A stretch of DNA of 64,000 nt from Gaiellales bacterium (GTDB lineage Bacteria > Actinomycetota > Thermoleophilia > Gaiellales > JAICJC01). Every line of letters begins with the position of its first letter. The first letter of the stretch is position 1. Of this stretch, positions 19,203-27,890 are shown in pieces. The notes under the pieces were generated by a model. The model ran no database searches. It saw only the letters and a list, made by a program, of their open reading frames with translations, and was not told the origin of the DNA. The translations under genes were made by a program, and so were the position numbers. The stretch spans positions 13,214 to 77,213 of the forward strand of contig JBBRMM010000014.1 in NCBI GenBank assembly GCA_038230835.1, in the 5' to 3' direction.

Positions 19203-20131
19203 GCCGCATCCGCGGCTACCTGTTGGTGGGGGCTGCCGCCAGCCTGTGGGGTCTCAACGGCGCGGTGTCGAAGGTAGTGCTGGCCAACGGCCTCGACAGC
19301 AGCCGGCTGACCCAGGCCCGCGTGACCGGCGCTTTCGTCGGACTCCTCGGTCTGCTGCTGGCGAGGCGCCCGGCCGCCCTTCGAGCGACCCGCAGCCAGG
19401 CCGCGTATCTGATCGTGTTCGGCCTGGTTGGGCTGAACGGCGTGCAGCTCTTCTACTTTCAGGCCATTCACCGACTGCCGATCGGGATCGCGGTGCTGAT
19501 CGAATACCTGGCACCGGTGCTGGTGGCGCTGTACGTGCGCTTCGTGCTCGGCCGCGCCATCGGGTCACGGCTGTGGGCTTCGATCGCCCTGGTGCTGGTT
19601 GGACTGGCGCTGATGGTCGACGTGATCGGGGGCGGTGGCAGCCTGTCCAGCCTCGGGGTTGGCTTCGCGCTCCTCGCGGCGCTGTCATACGCGCTCTACA
19701 TCCTGATGGCGGAACGCCTGGCGGGCGCGCGCCCGGCCGAAGCCACCCTGTGCTGGGGGTTCGGCACGGCCGCGCTGTTCTGGGCGTTCGCGGCCCCTCT
19801 GTGGACGTTCCCGGTGTCGCTGTTGGGCACGTCGGTCAGCCTCGGCGGGCGCCTGCACGCGATCCACCTGCCACTCGGACTGCTCGTGGGGTGGGTGGTG
19901 GTGATGGGCACGCTGATCCCGTTTGCGATGTTGGTGGGCGCGCTCGTGGCACTCCCGGCGACGCGCATCACGCTGCTCTCGACGTGGGAGCCGGTGGCCG
20001 GGGCGATCATTGCCTGGGCCTGGCTCACCGAGCGGCTGGCCGGCCCGCAACTGATCGGTGCAGGTCTCGTGCTGGCGGGCATCCTGGTCGCCGAGACCAC
20101 GCAGGCCGACAATTTACACAACCCTCACTGA
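19199..20131 (+). CDS. EamA/DMT-family membrane transporter
   Basis: The GTG at 19199 overlaps the upstream stop (GTGA). About 10 hydrophobic segments are present, with the duplicated EamA-like pattern (LWGLNGAVSK..., IEYLAPV...). Confidence 0.8.
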   Translation: MSRIRGYLLVGAAASLWGLNGAVSKVVLANGLDSSRLTQARVTGAFVGLLGLLLARRPAALRATRSQAAYLIVFGLVGLNGVQLFYFQAIHRLPIGIAVLIEYLAPVLVALYVRFVLGRAIGSRLWASIALVLVGLALMVDVIGGGGSLSSLGVGFALLAALSYALYILMAERLAGARPAEATLCWGFGTAALFWAFAAPLWTFPVSLLGTSVSLGGRLHAIHLPLGLLVGWVVVMGTLIPFAMLVGALVALPATRITLLSTWEPVAGAIIAWAWLTERLAGPQLIGAGLVLAGILVAETTQADNLHNPH

Positions 20132-20163
20132 GGATCAGGGTCCGGGTAGCCGATCACCTATGC

Positions 20164-20661
20164 ATGAGATCAGCATGCCTCCTCGCCGCGACACTCGCCT
20201 CCGCCGCCGGACTGGCGGCAGGCGCAGCACCCGCGAGCGCCTCCTCCGCCCCTCCGTGGTACCAACTGATCACCGACGTCAACCATGTCCGTGCCACCCA
20301 CGGCGTGCGCCCGGTGGTGCTCTCGCTCGGACTCTCCGACGCCGCCCGCGGGCACTCGATCGACATGATGTGGCGCGGGTATTTCGGGCACACGAGCCCG
20401 GCAGGATCGACCTTCGTGGGGCGCATCATGCGCTCGAGCTGGGTGCGGTTCGGCGCCTGGTCTGCCGGTGAGACACTGGCCTGGGGTGTCGGCTCGTCGG
20501 GCGACCCGGCGGCTGTCGTGCAGGGTTGGCTGGCCAGCCCCGAGCACCGGGCGATCATGCTCTCGCCGACGTACGGGATGATCGGCATCGGCCGAGTGAC
20601 GGGCGATTTCATGCACCACGACGGTGCGGCGGTGTGGACCGTCGACTGGGGTCACCGCTAG
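20164..20661 (+). CDS. Secreted CAP/SCP (PR-1-like, YkwD-type) domain protein
   Basis: ATG at 20164, signal peptide MRSACLLAATLASAAGLAAGAAPASA. CAP-like segments N..R...G...L, GYFGHTSP, ENLAWG-like GETLAWG and WLASPEHRAIML. Confidence 0.75.
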   Translation: MRSACLLAATLASAAGLAAGAAPASASSAPPWYQLITDVNHVRATHGVRPVVLSLGLSDAARGHSIDMMWRGYFGHTSPAGSTFVGRIMRSSWVRFGAWSAGETLAWGVGSSGDPAAVVQGWLASPEHRAIMLSPTYGMIGIGRVTGDFMHHDGAAVWTVDWGHR

Positions 20662-20693
20662 GTGATCCGCGGTCCGGGCGGTACCATCCGCCT

Positions 20694-21638
20694 GTGCCCC
20701 CCACCAAGCTTCTGCTCGCGTCTCCGCGCGGCTACTGCGCCGGCGTCGATCGCGCCGTCGACACGGTGGAGCGGGCGCTCGACCATTTCGGAGCGCCCGT
20801 GTACGTGCGCAAGGAGATCGTCCACAACCGCCACGTGGTCAGCGAGCTGACCCAGCGGGGGGCGGTGTTCGTCGATTCCGAGACCGATGTGCCGGAGGGG
20901 GCCGTGGTGGTGCTCTCGGCCCACGGTGTGGCGCCCGAGGTGTACCGCAACAGCCAGCTTCGGCGGCTGCACGTGCTGGACGCGACCTGCCCGCTGGTGA
21001 CCAAGGTGCACGCCGAGGCTCGGAAGTTCGCCGCAGCCGGCTACACGATCGTCCTGGTCGGCCACGAGGGGCACGAGGAAGTGGTCGGCACGATGGGAGA
21101 GGCACCGGATGCCATCCGACTGATCGGGTCGATCGAGGAGATCGACGCTCTCGAGCTGCCCGATCCCGAGCGGGTGGCCTACATCACCCAGACCACGCTC
21201 TCCGTGGACGAGACGCTCGAGATCGTCTCCGCGCTCCGCAGCCGTTACCCCGCGATCGTCGGCCCCAAGAACGACGACATCTGCTACGCGACCCAGAACC
21301 GGCAGAACGCCGTCAAGGAGCTCGCACGCGAGGTCGATGTGGTGCTTGTAATCGGGTCACGCAACTCGTCCAACTCCAACCGGCTGGTGGACGTGACGCG
21401 CGAGATGGGCGTCGCGGCTCACCTGATCGACGACGAGACCGACATCGATCCGGCGTGGCTGGAGCACGTCTCGGTGGTGGGCATCACCTCCGGCGCATCC
21501 GCCCCGGAATCGCTGGTCACCCGCGTCGTCGACCACTTCCGAGCCATGGGCGTGACGGACATCGACTCGCACGAGTTGGTCGACGAGAACGTGCACTTCC
21601 AGCTCCCCGCGCAGCTCCGCCGCGTCGTCAACTCCTGA
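20694..21638 (+). CDS. ispH: 4-hydroxy-3-methylbut-2-enyl diphosphate reductase
   Basis: Starts at the GTG at 20694. Characteristic LASPRGYCAGVDRAV, IVHN..V and ATCPLVTKVH segments plus conserved Cys positions for the 4Fe-4S cluster. Confidence 0.92.
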   Translation: MPPTKLLLASPRGYCAGVDRAVDTVERALDHFGAPVYVRKEIVHNRHVVSELTQRGAVFVDSETDVPEGAVVVLSAHGVAPEVYRNSQLRRLHVLDATCPLVTKVHAEARKFAAAGYTIVLVGHEGHEEVVGTMGEAPDAIRLIGSIEEIDALELPDPERVAYITQTTLSVDETLEIVSALRSRYPAIVGPKNDDICYATQNRQNAVKELAREVDVVLVIGSRNSSNSNRLVDVTREMGVAAHLIDDETDIDPAWLEHVSVVGITSGASAPESLVTRVVDHFRAMGVTDIDSHELVDENVHFQLPAQLRRVVNS

Positions 21639-21693
21639 AGCCAGCGCTTGGCGAGCCCGTGTCGAGCAGCGGCCGCAGCCCGGGGGGAACACC

Positions 21694-21759
21694 GACCCCA
21701 CCCCACCCGGGGTCAGACCCCGTACGGACCGGGGCACAGATTCGACACGGAGGTGTGAC
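21694..21759 (+). repeat. Copy A of an unassigned intergenic repeat (C-tract + palindrome CGGGGTCAGACCCCG + GTACGGACCGG...TGTGAC)
   Basis: Copy A reads GACCCCACCCCACCCGGGGTCAGACCCCGTACGGACCGGGGCACAGA-N13-TGTGAC, with the palindrome core at 21708-21722. It lies between the convergent ispH and propeller genes and aligns with the copies at 53054 and 53282. Confidence 0.6.
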
Positions 21760-21800
21760 TCCCGCGCCGCGTCTGAATGCCAGGGCCGGCTCCGCGCGCT

Positions 21801-23693
21801 CTAGCGAAGCGCGAGCAGGGCGTCGATGTCGACGATCGCGCGGCCGGGCGTGCCCTGGCACACGATCCGGATCGTGTGCGCACCAATCCCGGCGAAGGCG
21901 TGGGCGTAGACCACCTGGCGGCGAAGGATGCCTGCCGCGTGCAGGTCGACAATGGCCACCCGCGTGCCGTCGATGTACACCGATGCCTTGCCGCGGCCCG
22001 AGCTCTTGGACGCCACCCAGGCGATCTGGCGCCCGGTGAAGTGCAGCGTCGCGGAGGCGCCGGCGTGAGTGGTGTAGCTGAGCGTGCCACCCGAGGCGCC
22101 CGAGACCCGAGCGTTGCGCACCCACGACCCGGAGTAGCTGATCGCCGAGCTCGAGTTCTGGGTCAGCGTGATTCGCGAGGTCGGCCCGGTCGTGTAGCCG
22201 ACACCCGCGTTGTCGGAGCAGTCGGTCGCGAGGGCCTGGAAGCTGTAGGTGTGGTTGGGAGCTTCCAGCCGGCTCATGGTGGTCGCCGTCGCGAACGGCG
22301 GCACCGCCGCCGCGAACGGGCCCGAATCGATCTTCTCCTGCACGTTGTAGCGGCAGATGCCCGACAGGTTGTCAGAGCCGGCCCAGGACAGCGTGACCGG
22401 CACGTACGAGGTGATGGCCGTGCCGGCCACCATCCGCACGTCGGGTGCGGTGGTGATGGTGGGCGGGGTGGTGTCTGCTGCTGAATCGGAGAACTGGGTG
22501 AATCCCTGCTGGTCCACCCCGGCCACCTTCGTGAAGTCCCCGCCCACGTAGACCTGCTGCCCGTAGGCAAGCTCCGTGAATGGACCGAGAACCTGGTTGA
22601 CCACCGGCGCCCAGGTGTCGAGCAGGCCGCTGACCGCATTGAGGGCGGCCATATGGTGTCGCGTCTGACCCGGAGACGTCGAACCGAACGAGTTGAAGTG
22701 ACCGGCCGCGATCACGTCACCGTGGTACATCGACACCCCGACCACGTCCCCGTCGAAGGATCCCGTCCAGCGCAGCGCGCCGGCCGGCTTGCCGCTCTGC
22801 GGCACCAGCGTGTACGACGGCAGGTGGCCGCCACCGCCGGTACCGGCTCCGTACAGGTAGCTCGTGTTTTCCGCCAGCCCGATGATCGGATAGATGGGAT
22901 GCGAGGCCCACGGCAGCGTGCGGCCGGTGATCGCGTCCACCGCCGCCAGGTGGTTCTCCGACACCTGGTTCACGAGGTGGAAGAGGCCGCCCATGAACAC
23001 CCGGCTTCGGTTCGGCGAAAGCAGCAACGCGCGCACCTCGCCGTCCGTGCCGGACACCCACGGCAGGATCTGGCCGCCGTGCGAGAGCCCGACCGAGGCG
23101 GCGTTCTTGTGCGCGAGGCCGTCGACGTTGGTGAACGCTCCACCGAGGTAGACGCGGACGCCGGCGACGACAATGGCATACACCGAGCCGTTGGTGCGAC
23201 CGTTCCAGGCCAGCGGGACGCCCGCATTGTTGTTGCGGGCGGACGGAATGGCCACGATGTGCTGGTGGGAACTGCCGTCAACGGTGGTGAAGTCCCCGCC
23301 GGCGAAGATCGTGTTGCCCGAGGGGCCGATGGCGAGCGAGCGCACGGTGGCGTTCGGTTCGGGATCCCACGGCAGCACATGGCCTGTGCCGGCATCGATC
23401 GCAAACAGGTTGCTGCGCGGGACGTCACCAGCGCCGACCGGCTGTCCAATATCCACAGCGTCGGTGAACGACCCCGCCACGTAGACGATGCCGTCGGCGC
23501 GGAGGATCGCGTGCACGGTGAAGTTCGTCGTCGATGGCGTGCCGTCCACCTGTGCAGAGCTGTCGGGCACGCCCGACAGCGTGATCGCACCCAGCGCCGA
23601 GGACGCCGTCGCGGAGGCGGCGATCGCGGCGATGGCCAGGGCGGCCAGCGCGCGGCGAGCGGGTGTCGGGTGAAGAATCGTCATTCCGTCCAA
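21801..23693 (-). CDS. Secreted beta-propeller repeat protein with C-terminal Ig-like and jelly-roll-like modules
   Basis: Signal peptide (ALAALAIAAIAASATASSALG). Repeats YVAGSFTDAV, FAGGDFTTVDG, YLGGAFTNVDG, FMGGLFHLV and YVGGDFTKVAGVDQQGF. The extra roughly 240-aa C-terminus is absent from the 4808-6007 paralogue. Confidence 0.75.
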   Translation of the reverse strand: MDGMTILHPTPARRALAALAIAAIAASATASSALGAITLSGVPDSSAQVDGTPSTTNFTVHAILRADGIVYVAGSFTDAVDIGQPVGAGDVPRSNLFAIDAGTGHVLPWDPEPNATVRSLAIGPSGNTIFAGGDFTTVDGSSHQHIVAIPSARNNNAGVPLAWNGRTNGSVYAIVVAGVRVYLGGAFTNVDGLAHKNAASVGLSHGGQILPWVSGTDGEVRALLLSPNRSRVFMGGLFHLVNQVSENHLAAVDAITGRTLPWASHPIYPIIGLAENTSYLYGAGTGGGGHLPSYTLVPQSGKPAGALRWTGSFDGDVVGVSMYHGDVIAAGHFNSFGSTSPGQTRHHMAALNAVSGLLDTWAPVVNQVLGPFTELAYGQQVYVGGDFTKVAGVDQQGFTQFSDSAADTTPPTITTAPDVRMVAGTAITSYVPVTLSWAGSDNLSGICRYNVQEKIDSGPFAAAVPPFATATTMSRLEAPNHTYSFQALATDCSDNAGVGYTTGPTSRITLTQNSSSAISYSGSWVRNARVSGASGGTLSYTTHAGASATLHFTGRQIAWVASKSSGRGKASVYIDGTRVAIVDLHAAGILRRQVVYAHAFAGIGAHTIRIVCQGTPGRAIVDIDALLALR

Positions 23694-23739
23694 AGCGGCA
23701 GCAGCCGCATACCCAGTCTCCAGGGACCTGAACCCGCCG

Positions 23740-24444
23740 TCAAGGCGCCTGCACGACGATCACCTCGGTGAACCGATCGCCGTCGACCTGCAGCCCGTAG
23801 CATCCCGCGGCGGCGAACTCCAGCTCGATCACGTCCCGCCGCCATCCGACGGAGCCGTGCGTGGCCGGCGGGATCTGCAGCTCCGAAAACGGTGCGGCGG
23901 ACGCCGCAAGGGCCGCGAAGCCGAGCGGACGCGGACCGTCCAACTGGTGCCCGCGGACGAGCACGGGACCCCGGTAGGAGGGGGCGATCTCGATCGTCAC
24001 CCGCCCCGCGTTCCACCCTCCGACCGTGTCGCTCACGGTCAGCGCCGGTCCACCGAGACCCGTGAACACGGGCCCAAAGCCGAGCCCGGCAGGGATCCCC
24101 GGCGCAAATCGATGTGCGAGCTGGGCCGGACAGCGTCCATGCGCGCCCACGTGCGGCAGAGCCAGCGCCCGCCGCAAGCGCACCGGCGCCCCGCCGGCGC
24201 ACGTGCGGCAGAGCGGCGCATATCCAGGGGGGCGGTGCGGTGGCTGGAGCGGAACAGCGGGAGCGGAAACCTGCACCGACGCCGTGCCGCCGAGGCACCC
24301 GGCCGCCGGCAGCGCCGCCAATGCGAGCACTGCGAGCAGCCCCGGGCCGCCGCGCGCGTTCAGGATTGAGCGGGTTCGTCCCGCTGGACCGCCAGCTCCG
24401 GTCCCGGGGTGAGCGCCACCGCCAACGTCTCGGAAGCAATCCAC
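23740..24444 (-). CDS. Hypothetical protein, probable lipoprotein
   Basis: LLAVLALAALPAAGC resembles a lipobox. The only canonical start giving a charged n-region is the ATG at 24444, which overlaps the ileS 3' end by 85 nt, so the start is uncertain. The alternative frame 23681-24439 is Arg-rich and was rejected. Confidence 0.5.
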   Translation of the reverse strand: MDCFRDVGGGAHPGTGAGGPAGRTRSILNARGGPGLLAVLALAALPAAGCLGGTASVQVSAPAVPLQPPHRPPGYAPLCRTCAGGAPVRLRRALALPHVGAHGRCPAQLAHRFAPGIPAGLGFGPVFTGLGGPALTVSDTVGGWNAGRVTIEIAPSYRGPVLVRGHQLDGPRPLGFAALAASAAPFSELQIPPATHGSVGWRRDVIELEFAAAGCYGLQVDGDRFTEVIVVQAP

Positions 24445-27400
24445 TCGCCGTGGCGCTCGAAGGCGGCGGTCACCTCCCCGTCGGCGCGCGGGTAGGTGAG
24501 CTTGATCCGGTCGGTGACCGCGAGGCCGGCGGCCTTGCGCAGCTCCTGAACCTGGCGGATCACGTCGCGTACGGTGCCCTCGAGCGCCAGCTCGGGAGTG
24601 ATCTCGGTGTCCAGCGCCACCGCGAAGCCGTCGCCGTCCACGACCGCGAAGCCCTCCCGCGCGCGGGTTCGCAACTCGAACTCGTCGCGCTCGAGCACCC
24701 AGTCACCAACCTGCACGCGGTCGCCGTCGAGCGTGAACTCGCCTTCCCGCAGCAGCCCGCGGATGATGTCCAGGTCGCGGCCGTACTTGGGGCCGAGCAG
24801 CTTCAGCAGCGGCATCACCTCGACCTCCGCGAATTCCTCACTCGAGCTGGTCAAGTCCACCCGCTTGACCCCCAGCTCGGCGGCGATCAGGTCGGCGTGC
24901 GCCGACACCTGCGTGCGTCGCACCGCGTCGGCCGTCGCCACCGTCGCCGACGCGAGCGGCTGGCGCAGCTTGATGCCCGCGTCGTTGCGGGCGCTGTGGC
25001 CGAGGCTGACCACCACCCGCACCGACGCCATCTGCGCGGTCAGCTGGTCGTCGCGCAGCATCGGGTTGACGGCGGGGTAGCCGGACAGGTGCACGCTGGC
25101 CGGCGCGTCGGCACACACACCGCGGACGAGGTTCTGCCACAGCTCGTCGGCCAGGAACGGCATCACCGGCGCGACGCAGCGGATCCCCTGCACCAGCGCG
25201 TACCACAGCGTCTCGTGCGCAGCCCGCTTGTCCTCGCCGTCCTGCGACTTCCAAAACCGCGACCGGGAGCTGCGCACGTACCAATTCGAGAGGTCGTCCG
25301 TGTACGCATCGAACGCGCGCACGAGCCGCTGCAGGTCATAACCGTCGAGCGCGGCGCGGCACTCGGCGACGAGCTCTTGCGCGAGCGCCACCAACCACCG
25401 GTCGAGGGGGCGGACAGCCGGCGGCCCGGTCGCCAACGTCGAGTACGCCGGCCGATGGTCGTCGATGTTGGCGTAGAGAACGAAGAACGCATACGCGTTC
25501 CACAGCTTCAGCCGCTCGCGCTTGACCTCGGTCGCCGGGCCGTAGCCGAAGTTGAGATTCGCAGCCGGGTTCTGGGCGGCATACATCCAACGCATCACGT
25601 CGGCGCCCATCGTGTCCACCGCGTCGTCGAACCAGATCGCGTTTCCCCACGACTTGTGCATCGGCCGGCCGGTCTCGTCGTTCACCTTCTCGTAGCTCAA
25701 CACCGCTCGGTACGGCGCGCTGCCGTCGAGCACGACGCCCATGAACAGCATGGAGTAGAACCACAGCCGGATCTGCTCGCGCATCTCGCTCACCCAGGCG
25801 GCCGGGTACCAGCGCTCCCAGTGGGCGTGGTCCGGCAGGTCGGCCCGGGTGACACCCACCCCAGCCCCTTCGGCGTAGCCCTCGGGGATCGTCGCCTCGT
25901 TGTGCCAGCCGAGCGTCGAGAACGGGACGATGCCGGCGTCCAGCCAGCAGTCGCCGACATCGGGCAGGCGGTGAGCCTCGGCGGCGCACGTCCCGCAGGC
26001 CACCACCACCTCGTCGATCCAGGGACGGTGCAGCTCCTCCAGGTGCTCCGTGCCGCGGACCGCCCTGGCCAGCAGGTCCGCCTTGGACGAGATCACCGTC
26101 ATGTGACCCGCGTCGCAGAAGTAGAACGGCAGCGGCAGGCCCCAATACCGCTTGCGGCTGATGCACCAGTCGCCCATGTTGCGCAGCCAGTCCTCCATCC
26201 GCTTGCCGTACTGGGGCGGCGTCCACTCGACCTTGCGGGCAGCCTCGATCATCGGCTCCCGGATGTCGTCGCAGCGGATGAACCACTCGTCCACCAACCG
26301 GTGGATCAACTCGGTGCCGCAGCGCCAGCAGACCGGATAGCGGTGGGTGATCTCCGCGGCCCGCAGCAGCCGCCCGCGCTGGCCGAGGTCCTCGACCACG
26401 AGCTGGGCCGCGTCCGCCGTGTGGTGTCCGTGCAGCCAGCCGTACTCGCCGGTGAATGCGCCCGCCTCGTCCACCGGCATCAGCGTCGGCAGCCCCTCAC
26501 GCTGTCCCAGCTCGAAGTCCTCCGCGCCGCACCCCGGTGCGATGTGGACGATCCCGGTGCCCTCGTCCATCGACACGTCGTCCCAGGCCACGACCCGGTG
26601 CTCGATGCCGGCGGCCGCCGGCAGGTCGTCGAACGGGCCGTCGTAGCGCAGGCCGACCAGCTCCGAACCGCGGACGGTGCCGATCACGGTGCCCTGCACC
26701 GGGACCGCGTCCCGCCGCGCGGCGGCCACGTACACGATCCCCGAGGACGTCTCGATCTTCGCATAGTCGGCGTCGGGCAGGACTGCGGCGGCCACGTTGG
26801 CCGGAAGCGTCCACGGGGTCGTCGTCCAGACCACCAGGCACTCGCGCTCGCGGCCCACGATCGGCAGCCGGACGTGCAGGGATGGGTGGGTGAGCTCCTT
26901 GTAGGAGTCGATCAGCTCGTGCTGGGAGAGCGACGTACCGCACCGCGGGCACCACGGCATCGAACGGTGTCCTCGATACAGCCAGCCGCGATCGTGGCAC
27001 TCGCGCAGGAACGTCCAGATGTAGCTGATGTTCGCGTCGGTCATCGTGAAGTAACTGCGGTCCCAGTCCATCCACTGACCGAGGCGGCGCGACTGCTCGG
27101 TCTGCACGGCGGCGTACTTGGCCACCCGGTCGCGGCAGGCGCGGGCGAACCGGTCGAGCCCGTACGCCTCGATCTCGGGCTTTGAGTTCAGGCCGAGGGC
27201 CTTTTCGACCTCGACCTCGACCCACAACCCCTGACAATCGAAGCCGTTCTGGTAGCGCAGGTCATGGCCGAGCATGGCGTGATAGCGCTGCCAGACGTCC
27301 TTCAGCGTGCGGCCCCAGGCGTGGTGCACGCCCATCGGGTTGTTGGCCGTGATCGGGCCGTCGATGAAGCTCCACGGCGGGTTGCCGCGGTTCTGCTCCT

Positions 27401-27500
27401 GGAGGGTCTCGAATGTCCGCTCCCGGTCCCAGCGTTCCAGCACCCGGTGCTCGAGTGCGACGTGGTCGGGTTGCGGATCGACGGGGCCGAAGGGCGGCAT
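24360..27500 (-). CDS. ileS: Isoleucine--tRNA ligase (type 2, actinobacterial-like)
   Basis: 1046-aa ORF with a class I HIGH-type motif (NNPMGVHHAWG), a KMSKS-like region (MHKSWGN), an editing-domain insertion and the C-terminal extension typical of type 2 IleRS. Confidence 0.97.
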   Translation of the reverse strand: MPPFGPVDPQPDHVALEHRVLERWDRERTFETLQEQNRGNPPWSFIDGPITANNPMGVHHAWGRTLKDVWQRYHAMLGHDLRYQNGFDCQGLWVEVEVEKALGLNSKPEIEAYGLDRFARACRDRVAKYAAVQTEQSRRLGQWMDWDRSYFTMTDANISYIWTFLRECHDRGWLYRGHRSMPWCPRCGTSLSQHELIDSYKELTHPSLHVRLPIVGRERECLVVWTTTPWTLPANVAAAVLPDADYAKIETSSGIVYVAAARRDAVPVQGTVIGTVRGSELVGLRYDGPFDDLPAAAGIEHRVVAWDDVSMDEGTGIVHIAPGCGAEDFELGQREGLPTLMPVDEAGAFTGEYGWLHGHHTADAAQLVVEDLGQRGRLLRAAEITHRYPVCWRCGTELIHRLVDEWFIRCDDIREPMIEAARKVEWTPPQYGKRMEDWLRNMGDWCISRKRYWGLPLPFYFCDAGHMTVISSKADLLARAVRGTEHLEELHRPWIDEVVVACGTCAAEAHRLPDVGDCWLDAGIVPFSTLGWHNEATIPEGYAEGAGVGVTRADLPDHAHWERWYPAAWVSEMREQIRLWFYSMLFMGVVLDGSAPYRAVLSYEKVNDETGRPMHKSWGNAIWFDDAVDTMGADVMRWMYAAQNPAANLNFGYGPATEVKRERLKLWNAYAFFVLYANIDDHRPAYSTLATGPPAVRPLDRWLVALAQELVAECRAALDGYDLQRLVRAFDAYTDDLSNWYVRSSRSRFWKSQDGEDKRAAHETLWYALVQGIRCVAPVMPFLADELWQNLVRGVCADAPASVHLSGYPAVNPMLRDDQLTAQMASVRVVVSLGHSARNDAGIKLRQPLASATVATADAVRRTQVSAHADLIAAELGVKRVDLTSSSEEFAEVEVMPLLKLLGPKYGRDLDIIRGLLREGEFTLDGDRVQVGDWVLERDEFELRTRAREGFAVVDGDGFAVALDTEITPELALEGTVRDVIRQVQELRKAAGLAVTDRIKLTYPRADGEVTAAFERHGEWIASETLAVALTPGPELAVQRDEPAQS

Positions 27501-27537
27501 GCGCGGGATTGTATTGCGCGCGCCGCGTTGTGGCCCC
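27483..27537 (-). promoter_or_regulatory. Interrupted 16-bp hairpin enclosing the ileS start codon
   Basis: Three stacked helices: GGGGCC (27483-88) with GGCCCC (27532-37), GCGGC (27494-98) with GCCGC (27522-26), and GCGCG (27501-05) with CGCGC (27517-21). There is a 5x5 internal loop and an 11-nt apical loop. The ATG (27500-27498) sits at the 2-nt bulge. Confidence 0.4.
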
Positions 27538-27597
27538 GGGGACTGCTACGCCTTGGCGGTCACCCCGAGCTGCCGGGCTGGATTCTGTGTATGACGG

Positions 27598-27741
27598 TCA
27601 GTCGACGTCATTCTTGTGAAGGTAGTCGTCGAACGCGGCGTGCTTGGCCAGGTAGTTGGCGAGCTCGGCGAAACCGAACTCGAACCACTCTGACAGCCAT
27701 CGCTCGTCGATCTCCACGTGCTTTTCGTGCAACTCATCCAT
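27598..27741 (-). CDS. 47-aa acidic hypothetical small protein
   Basis: The ATG at 27741 follows GGAGGAAG with a 6-nt spacer, the strongest SD I saw in the window. The peptide is MDELHEKHVEIDERWLSEWFEFGFAELANYLAKHAAFDDYLHKNDVD. It lies in a locally lower-GC stretch 97 nt upstream of ileS on the same strand. Confidence 0.6.
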   Translation of the reverse strand: MDELHEKHVEIDERWLSEWFEFGFAELANYLAKHAAFDDYLHKNDVD

Positions 27742-27890
27742 GGTCACTTCCTCCAGACAGGGTCCGTGTCCGGGTGACGCGTTTTCCGCCTCCACCGATG
27801 AAGTCCTCCATCGGCCTCGGCGCCATGGTTCTGTAATCGGCCGATCACCACCCCTGCTTTACGTGGAGATCACAATTGGCACAAAGTTCG

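Noticed and set aside
21729-21760. GGGGCACAGATTCGACACGG in repeat copy A resembles a tmRNA 5' end (GGGGCUGA..GGUUUCGAC).
   Set aside because: There is no tRNA-like 3' end (…GGTTCGATTCC…CCA) or tag reading frame downstream. The downstream sequence is the 3' end of a convergent protein gene, and the same motif is part of a multi-copy repeat.
23681-24439. Alternative 252-aa frame overlapping the lipoprotein gene downstream of ileS.
   Set aside because: The translation is Arg/Gly-rich and junk-like, whereas the 23740-24444 frame gives a lipobox and a well-behaved beta-rich sequence.
24114-27185. Very long antisense ORFs. The clearest is 1023 aa opposite ileS. Others lie at 40463-42949 opposite cca/alr/nnr, 54662-57076 opposite the S53 peptidase, 10630-12018 opposite the phosphoesterase, and 7356-8930.
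   Set aside because: The products are Arg/Gly/Pro/His-rich and low in complexity, with no motifs. They mirror well-supported genes on the other strand, the usual stop-codon-poor antisense artefact of very GC-rich DNA.
27501-27597. Possible T-box riboswitch in the 97-nt ileS leader. It contains an AUC triplet (GAAUCC) and a GGGGUGACCGCC segment vaguely like the T-box sequence GGGUGGUACCGCG.
   Set aside because: The candidate T-box segment lacks the UGGN bulge that pairs with the tRNA NCCA end. The AUC is not followed by the conserved purine in a recognisable specifier loop. The leader is too short for the Stem I, II and IIA/B elements. A cmsearch with RF00230 would settle it.
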